Part shown: positions 48,145 through 57,719 of the stretch, one piece after another
How positions within the stretch are numbered: the first letter of the stretch is position 1
How the letters are laid out: every line of letters starts with the position of its first letter
NCBI GenBank assembly: GCA_965220965.1
Contig: OZ244852.1
Location: 1,856,001-1,920,000, forward strand
Direction: 5' to 3'
Source: Candidatus Marinacidobacterium sp.
GTDB taxonomy: Bacteria > Acidobacteriota > Vicinamibacteria > Marinacidobacterales > Marinacidobacteraceae
Length of the DNA: 64,000 bases
Notes under the pieces: generated by a model
What the model saw: the letters and a program-made list of their open reading frames with translations, nothing else
Database searches by the model: none
Told to the model about the DNA's origin: nothing
Position numbers and translations under genes: made by a program

Positions 48145-48187
48145 CAGTCCGAGGGGAGGGCGGTCTTCCGTCCTGACCCTTGGGCTG
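48145..48187 (+). terminator. Long RNA hairpin after the sigma gene (terminator or stabiliser, no U-tract)
   Basis: CAGTCCGAGGG/CCCTTGGGCTG plus AGGGCGG/CCGTCCT, loop TCTT; three G-U pairs favour the + strand RNA. Confidence 0.55.
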
Positions 48188-48265
48188 ATCGGCGAGTCCT
48201 CCTGCGGCCGCCTGACGACCGACGGGGCTGAGGCGCCTCGGCTCGCGTCGTACCATTCAGGCGTC

Positions 48266-49912
48266 GTGCCTATCCGCCTTCGCAGCGTCCCGGGGCCTCT
48301 CCGGGTCGCCCGCCTCGTCGCCGTCCTGCTGGGCGCCGGCGCGCTCTCGACCGGGACGGCCGGAGCGCAGGAAGAACGGTCCCTCGATCTGACGACGGCG
48401 ACCATCGCCGAACTGAACGAGGCGATGGACGCCGGCGCCCTCACCTCGGAGCGGCTGGTGGAGCTGTGCCTGGCGCGGATCGAGCGCTACGACGATGAGG
48501 GGCCGCGGATCAACGCGGTCGTGAGCCGGAACCCGCGAGCTCTCGAACGGGCGCGGGAACTCGACGCGGAGCGCGCGGCGAGCGGACCCCGATCGCCGCT
48601 GCATGGGATTCCGGTGGTGATCAAGGACAACTTCGACACCGCCGACATGCCGACGACGGCCGGCTCCTTCCTGCTCGCCGATTCCCTCCCGCCCGACGAC
48701 GCGTTCGTCGTGCGACGCCTCCGCGAGGCCGGCGCCATCGTGCTGGCGAAGGTCAACCTGAGCGAGTTCGCCTCCGGCGGAGCGATGAGCTCGTTCGGCG
48801 GGATCACCCGCAACCCCCATGATCCCGCCCGCACCCCGGCGGGCTCTTCCGGAGGCACCGGCGCGGCGGTGGCCGCCGCCTACGGTTTCCTGGGCCTCGG
48901 TTCCGATACCGGCGGCTCGGTGCGCTGGCCCTCCACCGCGAACGGGATCGTGGGACTCAAGCCCACGATGGGTCTCGTCAGCCGCGACGGCATCGTGCCC
49001 CTGGCGCTCTCGTTCGACACCGCCGGCCCGATGGCGAGGAGCGTCCACGATGTCGCGGTGGGGCTCTCGGTCCTCGCCGGTCCGGATCCCGCCGACGCCG
49101 CCACCACCCGGAGCGCGGGCAGCGCCCACGGCGACTACCGGGAGTTCCTCGACTCCGCGGCGCTCGAGGGCGCCCGGCTCGGGCTCGCCCGCGATTTCCT
49201 CGGCTCGGACAACGAGGTGGACTGGGTGGTGGAGGCGGCGGTCGAGGCGATGCGCGCCGCCGGCGCGGAGGTCGTGGACGTCCGTTTCCCCGGCTGGCTG
49301 CTGGAGGTCGAGGACGACTTCTACACCGCCGTGCGCTGGCCCGAGTTTCGCCACCAGATCCAGGAGTACCTGGCCACGCTCGGCGACGGATATCCCCGCG
49401 ACCTGGACGAGCTGGTGGCCCGCTCCCGCGAGCTCGCCGCCCGCGGCGAAGGCGGCCGCCCGAATCCCGGCCGCTGGAGCCTCTTCCTTCGCGAGAACGC
49501 GAGCGGCGACGTCACCGACGCCACGCACGTGGCGGTCCGGGAGCATGCGCTGCCGCTGGTCCGGGCGGTCGTTCAGGGCCTGATGGACGACCAGGCGCTC
49601 GACGCGATCGTGTATCCCACCGCGTCGGTCCGCCCGGCGCGTCTCGACCGCGACCCCGGGGTCGCGCAGCCGGCGCCGTCTCCGGTCCGGTTCGCCAACC
49701 TGACCGGGTTTCCGGACCTGATCCTCCCGGCGGGCTTCACCAGCGGCGGGCTGCCGGTCGGGGTCTCGTTCCTCGGGCGGGCGTTCAGCGAACCCCGCCT
49801 CCTGGCGCTCGGCTACGCCCTCGAGGCGCGTCTCCAGGCGCTGCGCACTCCAGAGCACACGCCCCCGCTTCCGGGGGAGCGGATCCGCTGGCGCGACCCC
49901 TCCGGGGAGTGA
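48266..49912 (+). CDS. Secreted amidase-signature family protein
   Basis: Signal peptide ending AGA-Q; PLHGIPVVIKDNFDT, GSSGGTG, GSDTGGSVRWP (Ser-cisSer-Lys triad). Confidence 0.9.
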   Translation: MPIRLRSVPGPLRVARLVAVLLGAGALSTGTAGAQEERSLDLTTATIAELNEAMDAGALTSERLVELCLARIERYDDEGPRINAVVSRNPRALERARELDAERAASGPRSPLHGIPVVIKDNFDTADMPTTAGSFLLADSLPPDDAFVVRRLREAGAIVLAKVNLSEFASGGAMSSFGGITRNPHDPARTPAGSSGGTGAAVAAAYGFLGLGSDTGGSVRWPSTANGIVGLKPTMGLVSRDGIVPLALSFDTAGPMARSVHDVAVGLSVLAGPDPADAATTRSAGSAHGDYREFLDSAALEGARLGLARDFLGSDNEVDWVVEAAVEAMRAAGAEVVDVRFPGWLLEVEDDFYTAVRWPEFRHQIQEYLATLGDGYPRDLDELVARSRELAARGEGGRPNPGRWSLFLRENASGDVTDATHVAVREHALPLVRAVVQGLMDDQALDAIVYPTASVRPARLDRDPGVAQPAPSPVRFANLTGFPDLILPAGFTSGGLPVGVSFLGRAFSEPRLLALGYALEARLQALRTPEHTPPLPGERIRWRDPSGE

Positions 49913-49918
49913 TCGGCG

Positions 49919-50467
49919 CTACGCGGTCGGTTCCAGTTCGACGCCCAGACCGTTCGCCAGCCGGTTCACGAAACCGTAGTAGGACGCGACGGCGCAGGCG
50001 TCGTGGATGTCCCGGTCGTCCAGCCCGGCGTCCCGCAGCGGCGCGAGGTCAGCCTCGGTGACGGCCGCCGGCGCGCGGGTGAGCTTGACCGCGTAGTCCA
50101 CGAGAGCGCGGGTCCGCCGCGGCAGCGGCGCGGTCTCCGGATCGCGTACGAGCGCGTCCACCGTCCCGGGGTCCCGGATGAGGCGGAGGAGACCCCTCCG
50201 GTGATGCTCGATTCAGTAGTGGCACTCGTTGGTGACGGACACCGCCACCGCGAGGAACTCCCGCTCCGCGGGCGTGAGCCCGGACGGACCGCGCATCAGG
50301 TGCTCGTAGAGCCCGAGGTGGCGCTCCAGCGTCTCGGGATTCAGGCTCGAGACCGTCAGGATGTGGTCGACCAGCCCGTCCGGTCGACGGTGGCGCCGAT
50401 AGATGTCCCGCAGGCGGCCGGCGCCGGCCTCCGGATCCGTGGGGGCGACGGTGCGGATCCAGGCCAA
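49919..50467 (-). CDS. AhpD/CMD (peroxidase-related) protein, probable selenoprotein with CxxU; UGA at 50215-50213
   Basis: TTG 50467 MAWIRTV...EFLAVAVSVTNECHY-TGA-IEHHRRGL...YAVKLTRAP...YYGFVNRLANGLG in one frame; SECIS-like hairpin 12 nt after UGA. Confidence 0.8.
50184..50200 (-). promoter_or_regulatory. Bacterial SECIS-like hairpin
   Basis: Minus strand CGGAGG-GGUCU-CCUCCG; G-initiated apical loop 18 nt after UGA. Confidence 0.65.
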
Positions 50468-50521
50468 GGGGTTCTTCGGCGCGGGACGAAGTCCCGGCTT
50501 CGTTCTAGGATACCGACCCCC

Positions 50522-50995
50522 GTGATCGAGATCGCCTGCGACGGCTCCTGCCTCGGGAACCCGGGACCCGGCGGTTGGGCCGCGGTCGTGTGCTCCGATT
50601 CCGGGGAGACCGTCTTCACCGGCGGCGCCCCCGAGACCACGAACAACCGGATGGAGCTCGAGGCGGCGATCGCCGCCGTCCAGGCGGCGCCCTCGCAGGA
50701 GCGCGCCGTGGTCCTGTGCGACAGCCGCTACGTCGTCCAGGGAATCACCGAGTGGCTCCCGGGCTGGGTGCGGCGGAACTGGAGGACGGCGGGGAAGAAG
50801 CCGGTGAAGAACGTCGACCTCTGGCGCAACCTGGCCGAGGCCTCGCGCTCCCGCCCGCTCGTCTCCTTCCGCTGGGTTCCGGGGCACGCCGGGCACGAGG
50901 GCAACGAACGGGCCCACACCCTGGCGCTGCGCGAGGCCCGTCGCCAGCAGGGCCTCGCCGAAGCGCCGCGGCCCACCGGGCGCCTCCCGTTCTGA
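50522..50995 (+). CDS. rnhA: Ribonuclease HI
   Basis: DGSCLGNPGPGGW, TTNNRMEL, DSRYV, VKNVDLW, WVPGHAGHEGNE. Confidence 0.94.
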   Translation: MIEIACDGSCLGNPGPGGWAAVVCSDSGETVFTGGAPETTNNRMELEAAIAAVQAAPSQERAVVLCDSRYVVQGITEWLPGWVRRNWRTAGKKPVKNVDLWRNLAEASRSRPLVSFRWVPGHAGHEGNERAHTLALREARRQQGLAEAPRPTGRLPF

Positions 50996-51000
50996 ACGGC

Positions 51001-51939
51001 ATGCGCGAGTTCCGCTTCCTCCAGTCCGACGTCTTCACCGACCGGGCCTTCACCGGCAACCCCCTCGCGATCCTCCCGGAGGCCGACGGTCTCTCGGACG
51101 AGGACATGCAGCGGATCGCCGCGGAGATGAACCTCTCCGAGACGGCGTTCGTCCTGCGTCCCACCGAGGTCCAGGCGCTCTGCCGCCTTCGCATCTTCAC
51201 GCCCACGACCGAGCTCCCGCTGGCCGGGCACCCGGTGGTGGGGACCTTCTTCACCCTCGCCCGGCGCGGCGAACTGGGCCTCGGCGAGGTCCTGGCGTCG
51301 CTCGGAACGGGAGTCCACCGGATCCACCAGGAGTGCGGCGCCGGCGTCCTTCCGGTGGACATCCGGGTCCGCGACGGCGTGGTGGAGCAGGTCGTGATGA
51401 CCCAGGCGTCGCCGCGATTCTTCGGGCGTCTCGACGACCGGGACGCTCTCGCCGCCTGCCTCGGCCTCCCGCCGGACGAGGTGGTTCCCGGCCCGGCTCC
51501 GGCTCAGGTCGTTTCGACCGCGATCCCCCAGCTCATGGTTCCGGTTCGATCGCTCCGCAGCGTGGAGCGTCTCGAGCTCGACCCGGTGGCGGCGCGGGCC
51601 CTGCTGCACCGCGACGATGTGGGCTCCGACTGCCTGATGATCTTCTCCACCGAGTGCGTGCGGGAGACCTCCGCCGCCCACGCCCGGATGTTCGCGCCGG
51701 GGCTGGGAGTCACCGAGGATCCCGCCACCGGAAGCGCCGCCGGAGCGCTCGGCGCGTGGCTGGTTCGCCACGGCGAACCGGACGCCAGCCCGGCGCGGAT
51801 GGTCATCGAGCAGGGCTACGAGATGGGCCGCCCGAGCGCGATCCATGTCGAGGTGGACCATGACGGAGGGCGCCCCACCGAGGTGCGCGTCGGGGGCGAA
51901 GCCGTCGAAGTCGCGGAGGGAGTTCTCAGAATTCCATAG
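51001..51939 (+). CDS. PhzF family epimerase/isomerase
   Basis: DVFTDRAFTGNPL, EMNLSETAF, RIFTPTTELPLAGHP, EDPATGSA, QGYEMGRPS. Confidence 0.9.
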   Translation: MREFRFLQSDVFTDRAFTGNPLAILPEADGLSDEDMQRIAAEMNLSETAFVLRPTEVQALCRLRIFTPTTELPLAGHPVVGTFFTLARRGELGLGEVLASLGTGVHRIHQECGAGVLPVDIRVRDGVVEQVVMTQASPRFFGRLDDRDALAACLGLPPDEVVPGPAPAQVVSTAIPQLMVPVRSLRSVERLELDPVAARALLHRDDVGSDCLMIFSTECVRETSAAHARMFAPGLGVTEDPATGSAAGALGAWLVRHGEPDASPARMVIEQGYEMGRPSAIHVEVDHDGGRPTEVRVGGEAVEVAEGVLRIP

Positions 51940-51948
51940 CCTCGGGAC

Positions 51949-53916
51949 TCAGGCTCCGATCAGGCGGTCGAGGCGCTCGAGCTCGGCGTAGAGCGCCGGC
52001 AGGCGCTCGCTGAGTTCGCGGTGGGTGGCGGAGATCTCGCGGGAGCCCTCCGGATCCTCCCAGAAGCCGGGCGCCGCCATCCGGGCCTCCAGGCTCTCCA
52101 CCGCCGCCTCGGCGTCGGCGACCGCCTCGAAAGCGCTGCGCCACTGACGACGCAGCTCCCGCAGGCGGTTCTTGCCGTGGCGGGGCGTGGACGCCCGGTC
52201 TCCGCCGCGCGGCTGGCCTCGCTTCGGCGCGTCGCCGCGCCGGCTCGCCCGCGAAGAGGATGCCGGGCGCCGGCCGCCCGCGCCGGCCCTCGCCGGCGCC
52301 TTCTTCCTTGGCGCGGGCGCCGCCGCCTGCGCCTCGAGTCGAGCCAGGTAGTCGGAGTAGTTCCCCCAGTAGAGCTGCGCGCCGCCCCCGCCGATGGCCG
52401 CGACCCGCGTCGCCAGCCGGTCCATGAAGTGGCGGTCGTGGGCGACGAACACGATCGTGCCGCGGTACTTCTCCAGCGCGTCGAGCAGGGCGGCCTTGGC
52501 GTCGAGGTCGAGGTGGTTCGTGGGCTCGTCGAGGAGCAGCAGGTTCGCCGGACGCAGGAAGAGGCGCGCCAGCGCCAGGCGGCTGCGCTCGCCGCCGGAG
52601 AGGACGGAGGTGGGCTTGTCCACTTCGTCTCCGGAGAACAGGAAGGCCCCGAGGATGTTCCTGACTTCCGGGAGCATGTCGAGCGGCGCCGCGTCCGTCA
52701 TCGTCTGGTGGACGGTGCGCTCCGGGTCGAGGTCGTGGCGGTCGGGGCCATACCAGGCGATCCGCGTGTTGTGGCCGAGCTCGCGGGACCCGGCGTCCGC
52801 CCGCTCGGCCCCCGCGATCAGGCGGATCAGGGTGGACTTGCCGACACCGTTCGGCCCGACGAGGGCGAGGCGCTGTCCCCGCTCCACCACCAGGTCCACG
52901 TTCCGGAAGACCTCGATGTCGCCGAAGGCCTTGGAGACCGCGTCCAGCCGGACCGGTATGGCGCCCCCGCGAGGAGGATGGGGAAGCCGCAGCGCGACGC
53001 TCCGGCGGGTGGGCGGCGCCTCGATCCGCTCGATCTTCTCCAGCATCCGCACCCGGCTCTGCACCTGCCGGGCGCGGCTGGCCTGGTACCGGAAGCGGTT
53101 GATGAAGCGCTGGGTGCGCTCGATCTCGGCTTCCTGCTCGGCGGCGCGTTTCCGCAGGTCCGCGATTTCGGCGGCGCGCTGCGTCTCGTATCGGGTGTAG
53201 GAACCCGGGTAGTTCGCGAGCCGGCCGAACGCGATTTCGGTGATGCGACTCACGACCTGATCGAGGAAATAGCGATCGTGCGCGACCAGCACCAGAGCCC
53301 CGCGGTGGCCGGCGAGGAAGCCCAGCAGCCAGGTTCTGGCCTCGATGTCGAGGTAGTTGGTCGGCTCGTCGAGGAGCACGACATCGTTCCGCTCGACGAG
53401 GAGCCGGGCGAGCGCGATCCGCATCTGCCAGCCCTGACTGAAGCTCCCGGCGGGCTGGTGGCGCTCGGCCTCCCCGAACCCCAGACCGGAAAGGACCTCG
53501 TTCACGCGAGTGTCCAGTTCGTAACCGCCCCGGCGGCTCCACTCGTCCTCGATCTCCCCGTAGCGCTCCACGAGCCCGGGCTCGTCGGGAGCGGCGGCCA
53601 TCCTCTCCGCCAGCGCTTCCTGCTCCTCCCTCAGACGCAGCAGGCCGTGGAACGCCGAGCGCACCTCCTCGAAGGCGGTCCGGCCGCTCAGCCGCAGGCC
53701 GTCCTGGGGCAGATAGCCCACCCGCTTCCCTTTCGCCCGAACGACCTCGCCGTCGTCGAGCGGAACGAGCCCGGCCAGGATCCTGAGCAGGGTGGTCTTC
53801 CCGGACCCGTTCGCCCCGACGAGCCCCACCCGGTCCCCGGGACCGATCCGCCAGGAGACGCTCCGCAGGAGAACCTGTTCTCCGTAGGCCTTTTCGCCCT
53901 CGACAAGCTGGATCAT
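51949..53916 (-). CDS. ABC-F family ATP-binding cassette protein
   Basis: Two NBDs (GANGSGKT, LLDEPTNYLD; GPNGVGKS, LSGGE, LLDEPTNHLD), inter-domain linker, no TM segments. Confidence 0.93.
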   Translation of the reverse strand: MIQLVEGEKAYGEQVLLRSVSWRIGPGDRVGLVGANGSGKTTLLRILAGLVPLDDGEVVRAKGKRVGYLPQDGLRLSGRTAFEEVRSAFHGLLRLREEQEALAERMAAAPDEPGLVERYGEIEDEWSRRGGYELDTRVNEVLSGLGFGEAERHQPAGSFSQGWQMRIALARLLVERNDVVLLDEPTNYLDIEARTWLLGFLAGHRGALVLVAHDRYFLDQVVSRITEIAFGRLANYPGSYTRYETQRAAEIADLRKRAAEQEAEIERTQRFINRFRYQASRARQVQSRVRMLEKIERIEAPPTRRSVALRLPHPPRGGAIPVRLDAVSKAFGDIEVFRNVDLVVERGQRLALVGPNGVGKSTLIRLIAGAERADAGSRELGHNTRIAWYGPDRHDLDPERTVHQTMTDAAPLDMLPEVRNILGAFLFSGDEVDKPTSVLSGGERSRLALARLFLRPANLLLLDEPTNHLDLDAKAALLDALEKYRGTIVFVAHDRHFMDRLATRVAAIGGGGAQLYWGNYSDYLARLEAQAAAPAPRKKAPARAGAGGRRPASSSRASRRGDAPKRGQPRGGDRASTPRHGKNRLRELRRQWRSAFEAVADAEAAVESLEARMAAPGFWEDPEGSREISATHRELSERLPALYAELERLDRLIGA

Positions 53917-54005
53917 CGCGCCCGGGCCGGGACGCTATACCGCTTCCCGGCGCGGGAGGCGACCCGGCAGCCCGGATCGGGCGGTTGGTCATAATGCTCT
54001 GCCCC

Positions 54006-57000
54006 ATGAATTCCCGCTGGCGAGATGTCGCCTTCTCCCTCTCATCCCGCCTCCGTCCCGGCGGGTCCGCCCTCCGGCTGGCCGCCGCGATCCTCGCGGT
54101 CGCCGCCCTCGGCGCCGCTTTCTCCGATGAGGCCTCGACCCGGATGAGCCGCGGCGTCGCGCTGCTGGAGCAGTTCCGGTTCTCGGACGCCGCGACCGAG
54201 TTCCAGCAGGTCGCGCGCCTTCGCCCCGACGCCGCCGACGCCCACATCAACCTCGGCATCGCGTGGTTCAACGAACGGGACTTCGCCGCCGCCCGGGCGT
54301 CGCTTCTCCGGGCGCTCGAGGTCGATCCCGAGAACCTCCACGCCCACTACAACCTGGGTCTCATCGACAAGCTCGAGGGGAACACCGCGGCCGCTCTCGA
54401 GTCGTTCCGACGGGTGGCGGCCGGGGACCCGGACGACTCGATGACCCAGTACTACCTGGGCGCCACGCACGCCGCGCTGGGCGAGCTGGAAGAGGCCGAG
54501 GCGGCGCTCCGCCGGGCGATCGCCCTGACTCCGGACCACGAGTCGGCTCACTTCAGCCTGGGGAACGTGCTCCTGCGCGGCGGTCGGCGGGAAGAGGGGC
54601 GGGCCCAGCTCGTCGTCTTCCAGGAACTGAAGGCCGGCTTTGGCGGCGGCGTCTCCGCCGGCCTCCAGTACACCGAACTCGGCCCCTACGCCGAGGCCCT
54701 CGAGGAGCCCCCCGCGCCGCTCTACTCCTCGGAAAGAGAAGCGACCGGGCAGGCGGCCGGCGGGCCGCGGTTCGCGGAGGCGACTTCGGCGTGGGGTCTG
54801 GACCTCCCGGCGCTTCCAGCGGCGGGTCCTCCCCCCACGTCGGTCGCCCCCGGCGACTACTCGGCGGACTGGGCGGCGCGATCCCTGCTCCCCGACCTCG
54901 GTTCGGGCGTCGCCTTCCGGGACCTCGACGGCGACGCCCGTCCCGAACTGGTGTTCGTCCGGGACGGCGAGGTCCTGATCTTCGGAAATCGCGACGGCGG
55001 GTTCGAACGCTGGGCGGAGACGATGGACGCCGGCCGCAACCCGGTCAGCGTCACCATCGGCGATCTCGACCTCGACGGCGATCCGGACCTCTATGTGGCG
55101 GCCGCCGGCGCCAACAGCCTCCTCTGGAACGAGCCGGGCGCCGACGGCGCGCGTTTCGTCCGGGCCGGGGACGTCGGCGCCGAAGGAGGCGACGTCTCGG
55201 TCGGCGCCACGCTCGCGGATTTCGACCACGACGGGGACCTGGACATCCACGTCTCGAACTACGCCCCCGCCCGTCTCGATGGCGCCTCCGGCGACGCGCT
55301 GCGGGTTCCCGGAGACATCCCGGGCGCCCCGAACCGGCTCTACCGGAACAACGGCGACGGCTCCTTCACCGATGTCACCGAAGAGACCCGAACGTCGGGG
55401 GGGACCCACCGGAGTCTGGGGTCGCTGTTCGCCGACTGGGACGATGACCGGGACGTGGATTTCCTGGTCCTGAACGACGGCCATCCGGTCCAGGTCTTCT
55501 CGAATGACCGGGTCGGGACGTTCACCGAAAGCGCCGCGGCGTGGGGCGTCGAGACGGCCACCCGGATGCGGGGGGCGGCGTCGGCCGACTACGACCGCGA
55601 CGGGGCCGAGGATCTCGCGCTGAGCGCCGAGGGGAGCGCCCTGAACCTCCTGCTCCTCGGTTCGGGCGGAGACGGGTTCCTCCCCGACACCCGCTCGACG
55701 GAACTGCTCGGGGCGGGCGCGCCGGGGCCGCGCTACGGCGTGGCCTTTCTCGATCAGGATCTGGACATGGATCTGGACCTGCTGCTCGCGGCGAACGAGC
55801 CGCGGGCGGCCCTCGCGTTCTTCGAGAACACCCCCGCCGGATTCCGTCGCGCGGCGAACCTGCCGGCGGAGCTCGAGCCGGACGAGGAAGTGAGGGCGGT
55901 CGCCCTCGCCGATGTGGACGGCGACGGAGACCTGGACGCGGTCGCGGGCACGACCCGGGGCCGGCTCCTCGGGTTCGAGAACCGCCACTCGGGGAACGAG
56001 CGCTGGATGGCGATCCTCCCGCGGGGTCTCCGGAGCAACCTCGATGGCATCGGGACCAAGGTCGAGGTCCGGGTGGGCGCGGTGGTCCAGCGCCGGCAGG
56101 TCCGGTCCACCTCGGGCTACCTCTCCCAGAACGATCTCCCGGTTCGCTTCGGCCTCGGAGAGGCGGCCGCCGCCGACTACGTGCGGCTTCTCTGGCCGGG
56201 CGGCGTCAAGCAGATCGAACTCGAAGTCCCCGCGGCCACCGTCGCTCAGGTCGAGGAGCTGAACCGCAAGGGGACCTCCTGCCCGGTGCTCTACGCCTGG
56301 GACGGCGAACGCATCCGGTTCGCGACCGACTTCCTCGGCGGCAGCGCGCTCGGCAACCTCCTCGCGCCGGGCGTCTTCAACACCCCCGACACGACGGAAC
56401 TCGTCAAGATGGAGACGTTCCGGCCCGAGGCCCGGGGCGGCGCCTTCGAGTTCCGGTTCGTGAACCAGCTCGAGGAGGTCATCTTCTACGACCGGGCGGA
56501 GCTGTGGGTCGCCGATCACCCCGAGGGCGTGGACGTTTTCCCCACCGAGCGCCTGCTCCCCGGCCCGCCCTACCCGGAGCCGACGCTGGTGGCGGTCCGC
56601 GACCGCCGCGCCCCCAGCCGCGCGCTCTGGCGGGGCGCCGACGGCGCGGAGCGGGATGTCACCCGGGCGCTCGCCGAGGTGGACCGGGACTACGCGGACG
56701 ACCTGAGGCTGCTCCCCTTCAAGGGCTACGCCGAGACCCACACCCTGACGCTCGAGTTCGAGGACCCGCGTCCGGACGCCCGACATGTCCTCCTGCTCTA
56801 CGGCTGGGTCGACTACGCCGACTCCAGCTCGAATCTCGCGGCGTGGCAGGCGGGCGTCACCGCCCTGCCCCCGGTGCTCGAAATCGGCGACGGGCGCGAC
56901 TTCCGCCCGGCGGTGGACCGCATGGGCTTCCCCGCCGGCCTGCCCAAGACCATGGTGGTTCCGCTCGACGCCGCGCCGACCGGCCCCGGCGACGCGCTCC

Positions 57001-57659
57001 GGATCACGACGAACATGCGGATCTACTGGGACCGGATCGAGCTCGCCGAAGTCGTCCCGGACGCCGGAGTCGTCGTACACCAACTGGAGGCCGACACCGC
57101 CGATCTGCGGTTCGCCGGCTACCCGGCGCCGCATCGGCCCGGAGGCCAGCCGCCGACGGAGTACCTCTACGAACCCCGGCGGGCGACGGACGTCTGGGGC
57201 GCCCACGAAGGCGAGTACACCCGGTTCGGAGATGTCCGGCCGCTTCTCGCCGCGGTGGACGATCGCTATGTCATCACCCGCCACGGGGACGAGGTGGCCC
57301 TGAGGTTCGACGCCACCGGCCTTCCCGCCCTCGCGCCCGGCTCCGGCCGGTCGTTCTTCGTGTACGCCGACGGCTTCGGCAAGGACATGGACCTGAATTC
57401 GGCCAGGCCGCACACCGTGGCGCCCCTCCCCTTCCACGCCATGCCGGGCTATCCGTATCGGGAGGGCTCGTTCTCCGACGACTCCGGATGGAGAGCCCGC
57501 TGGAACACCCGCCGCGTTGGCCCCGAGGGCCGTCACGGCTTCCTCGACGGCGGGGCCGAACCCGAGACCACCGGGGCGGCGGCCGAAGACCGACCCGCGC
57601 CGGAGGACGGGGAGGGGTCCGGTCCCCCCTCGACCCCGGAGCCGCACTCCGGACGCTGA
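54006..57659 (+). CDS. Secreted TPR + FG-GAP/VCBS + ASPIC-UnbV (CRTAC1-like) protein
   Basis: Signal-like N-terminus; TPRs (AHINLG, AHYNLG, AHFSLG); multiple DxDxDG loops; SNLDGIGTKV, GYLSQND, FGLG, WPGG; SCPVLYAWDG. Confidence 0.85.
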   Translation: MNSRWRDVAFSLSSRLRPGGSALRLAAAILAVAALGAAFSDEASTRMSRGVALLEQFRFSDAATEFQQVARLRPDAADAHINLGIAWFNERDFAAARASLLRALEVDPENLHAHYNLGLIDKLEGNTAAALESFRRVAAGDPDDSMTQYYLGATHAALGELEEAEAALRRAIALTPDHESAHFSLGNVLLRGGRREEGRAQLVVFQELKAGFGGGVSAGLQYTELGPYAEALEEPPAPLYSSEREATGQAAGGPRFAEATSAWGLDLPALPAAGPPPTSVAPGDYSADWAARSLLPDLGSGVAFRDLDGDARPELVFVRDGEVLIFGNRDGGFERWAETMDAGRNPVSVTIGDLDLDGDPDLYVAAAGANSLLWNEPGADGARFVRAGDVGAEGGDVSVGATLADFDHDGDLDIHVSNYAPARLDGASGDALRVPGDIPGAPNRLYRNNGDGSFTDVTEETRTSGGTHRSLGSLFADWDDDRDVDFLVLNDGHPVQVFSNDRVGTFTESAAAWGVETATRMRGAASADYDRDGAEDLALSAEGSALNLLLLGSGGDGFLPDTRSTELLGAGAPGPRYGVAFLDQDLDMDLDLLLAANEPRAALAFFENTPAGFRRAANLPAELEPDEEVRAVALADVDGDGDLDAVAGTTRGRLLGFENRHSGNERWMAILPRGLRSNLDGIGTKVEVRVGAVVQRRQVRSTSGYLSQNDLPVRFGLGEAAAADYVRLLWPGGVKQIELEVPAATVAQVEELNRKGTSCPVLYAWDGERIRFATDFLGGSALGNLLAPGVFNTPDTTELVKMETFRPEARGGAFEFRFVNQLEEVIFYDRAELWVADHPEGVDVFPTERLLPGPPYPEPTLVAVRDRRAPSRALWRGADGAERDVTRALAEVDRDYADDLRLLPFKGYAETHTLTLEFEDPRPDARHVLLLYGWVDYADSSSNLAAWQAGVTALPPVLEIGDGRDFRPAVDRMGFPAGLPKTMVVPLDAAPTGPGDALRITTNMRIYWDRIELAEVVPDAGVVVHQLEADTADLRFAGYPAPHRPGGQPPTEYLYEPRRATDVWGAHEGEYTRFGDVRPLLAAVDDRYVITRHGDEVALRFDATGLPALAPGSGRSFFVYADGFGKDMDLNSARPHTVAPLPFHAMPGYPYREGSFSDDSGWRARWNTRRVGPEGRHGFLDGGAEPETTGAAAEDRPAPEDGEGSGPPSTPEPHSGR

Positions 57660-57719
57660 CGGCGAGGAGCCTGGTCCGCGATGGCGTCAGGACGCACGGG
57701 GTCGCCGTAGAGCCGCGCC

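Noticed and set aside
49919-50467. Pseudogene or two separate small genes
   Set aside because: The only lesion is a TGA at the catalytic Cys position with a SECIS-like hairpin; both halves look intact
51949-53916. ABC-F as an antibiotic resistance gene
   Set aside because: Housekeeping and resistance ABC-F subfamilies cannot be separated by eye; no leader peptide or mobile context seen
54042-57647. Very long antisense or alternate-frame ORFs (also 11474..14881, 19945..23097, 43208..46387 and others)
   Set aside because: They overlap well-supported genes, are Arg/Pro/Gly-rich without motifs, and are expected from stop-codon scarcity in high-GC DNA
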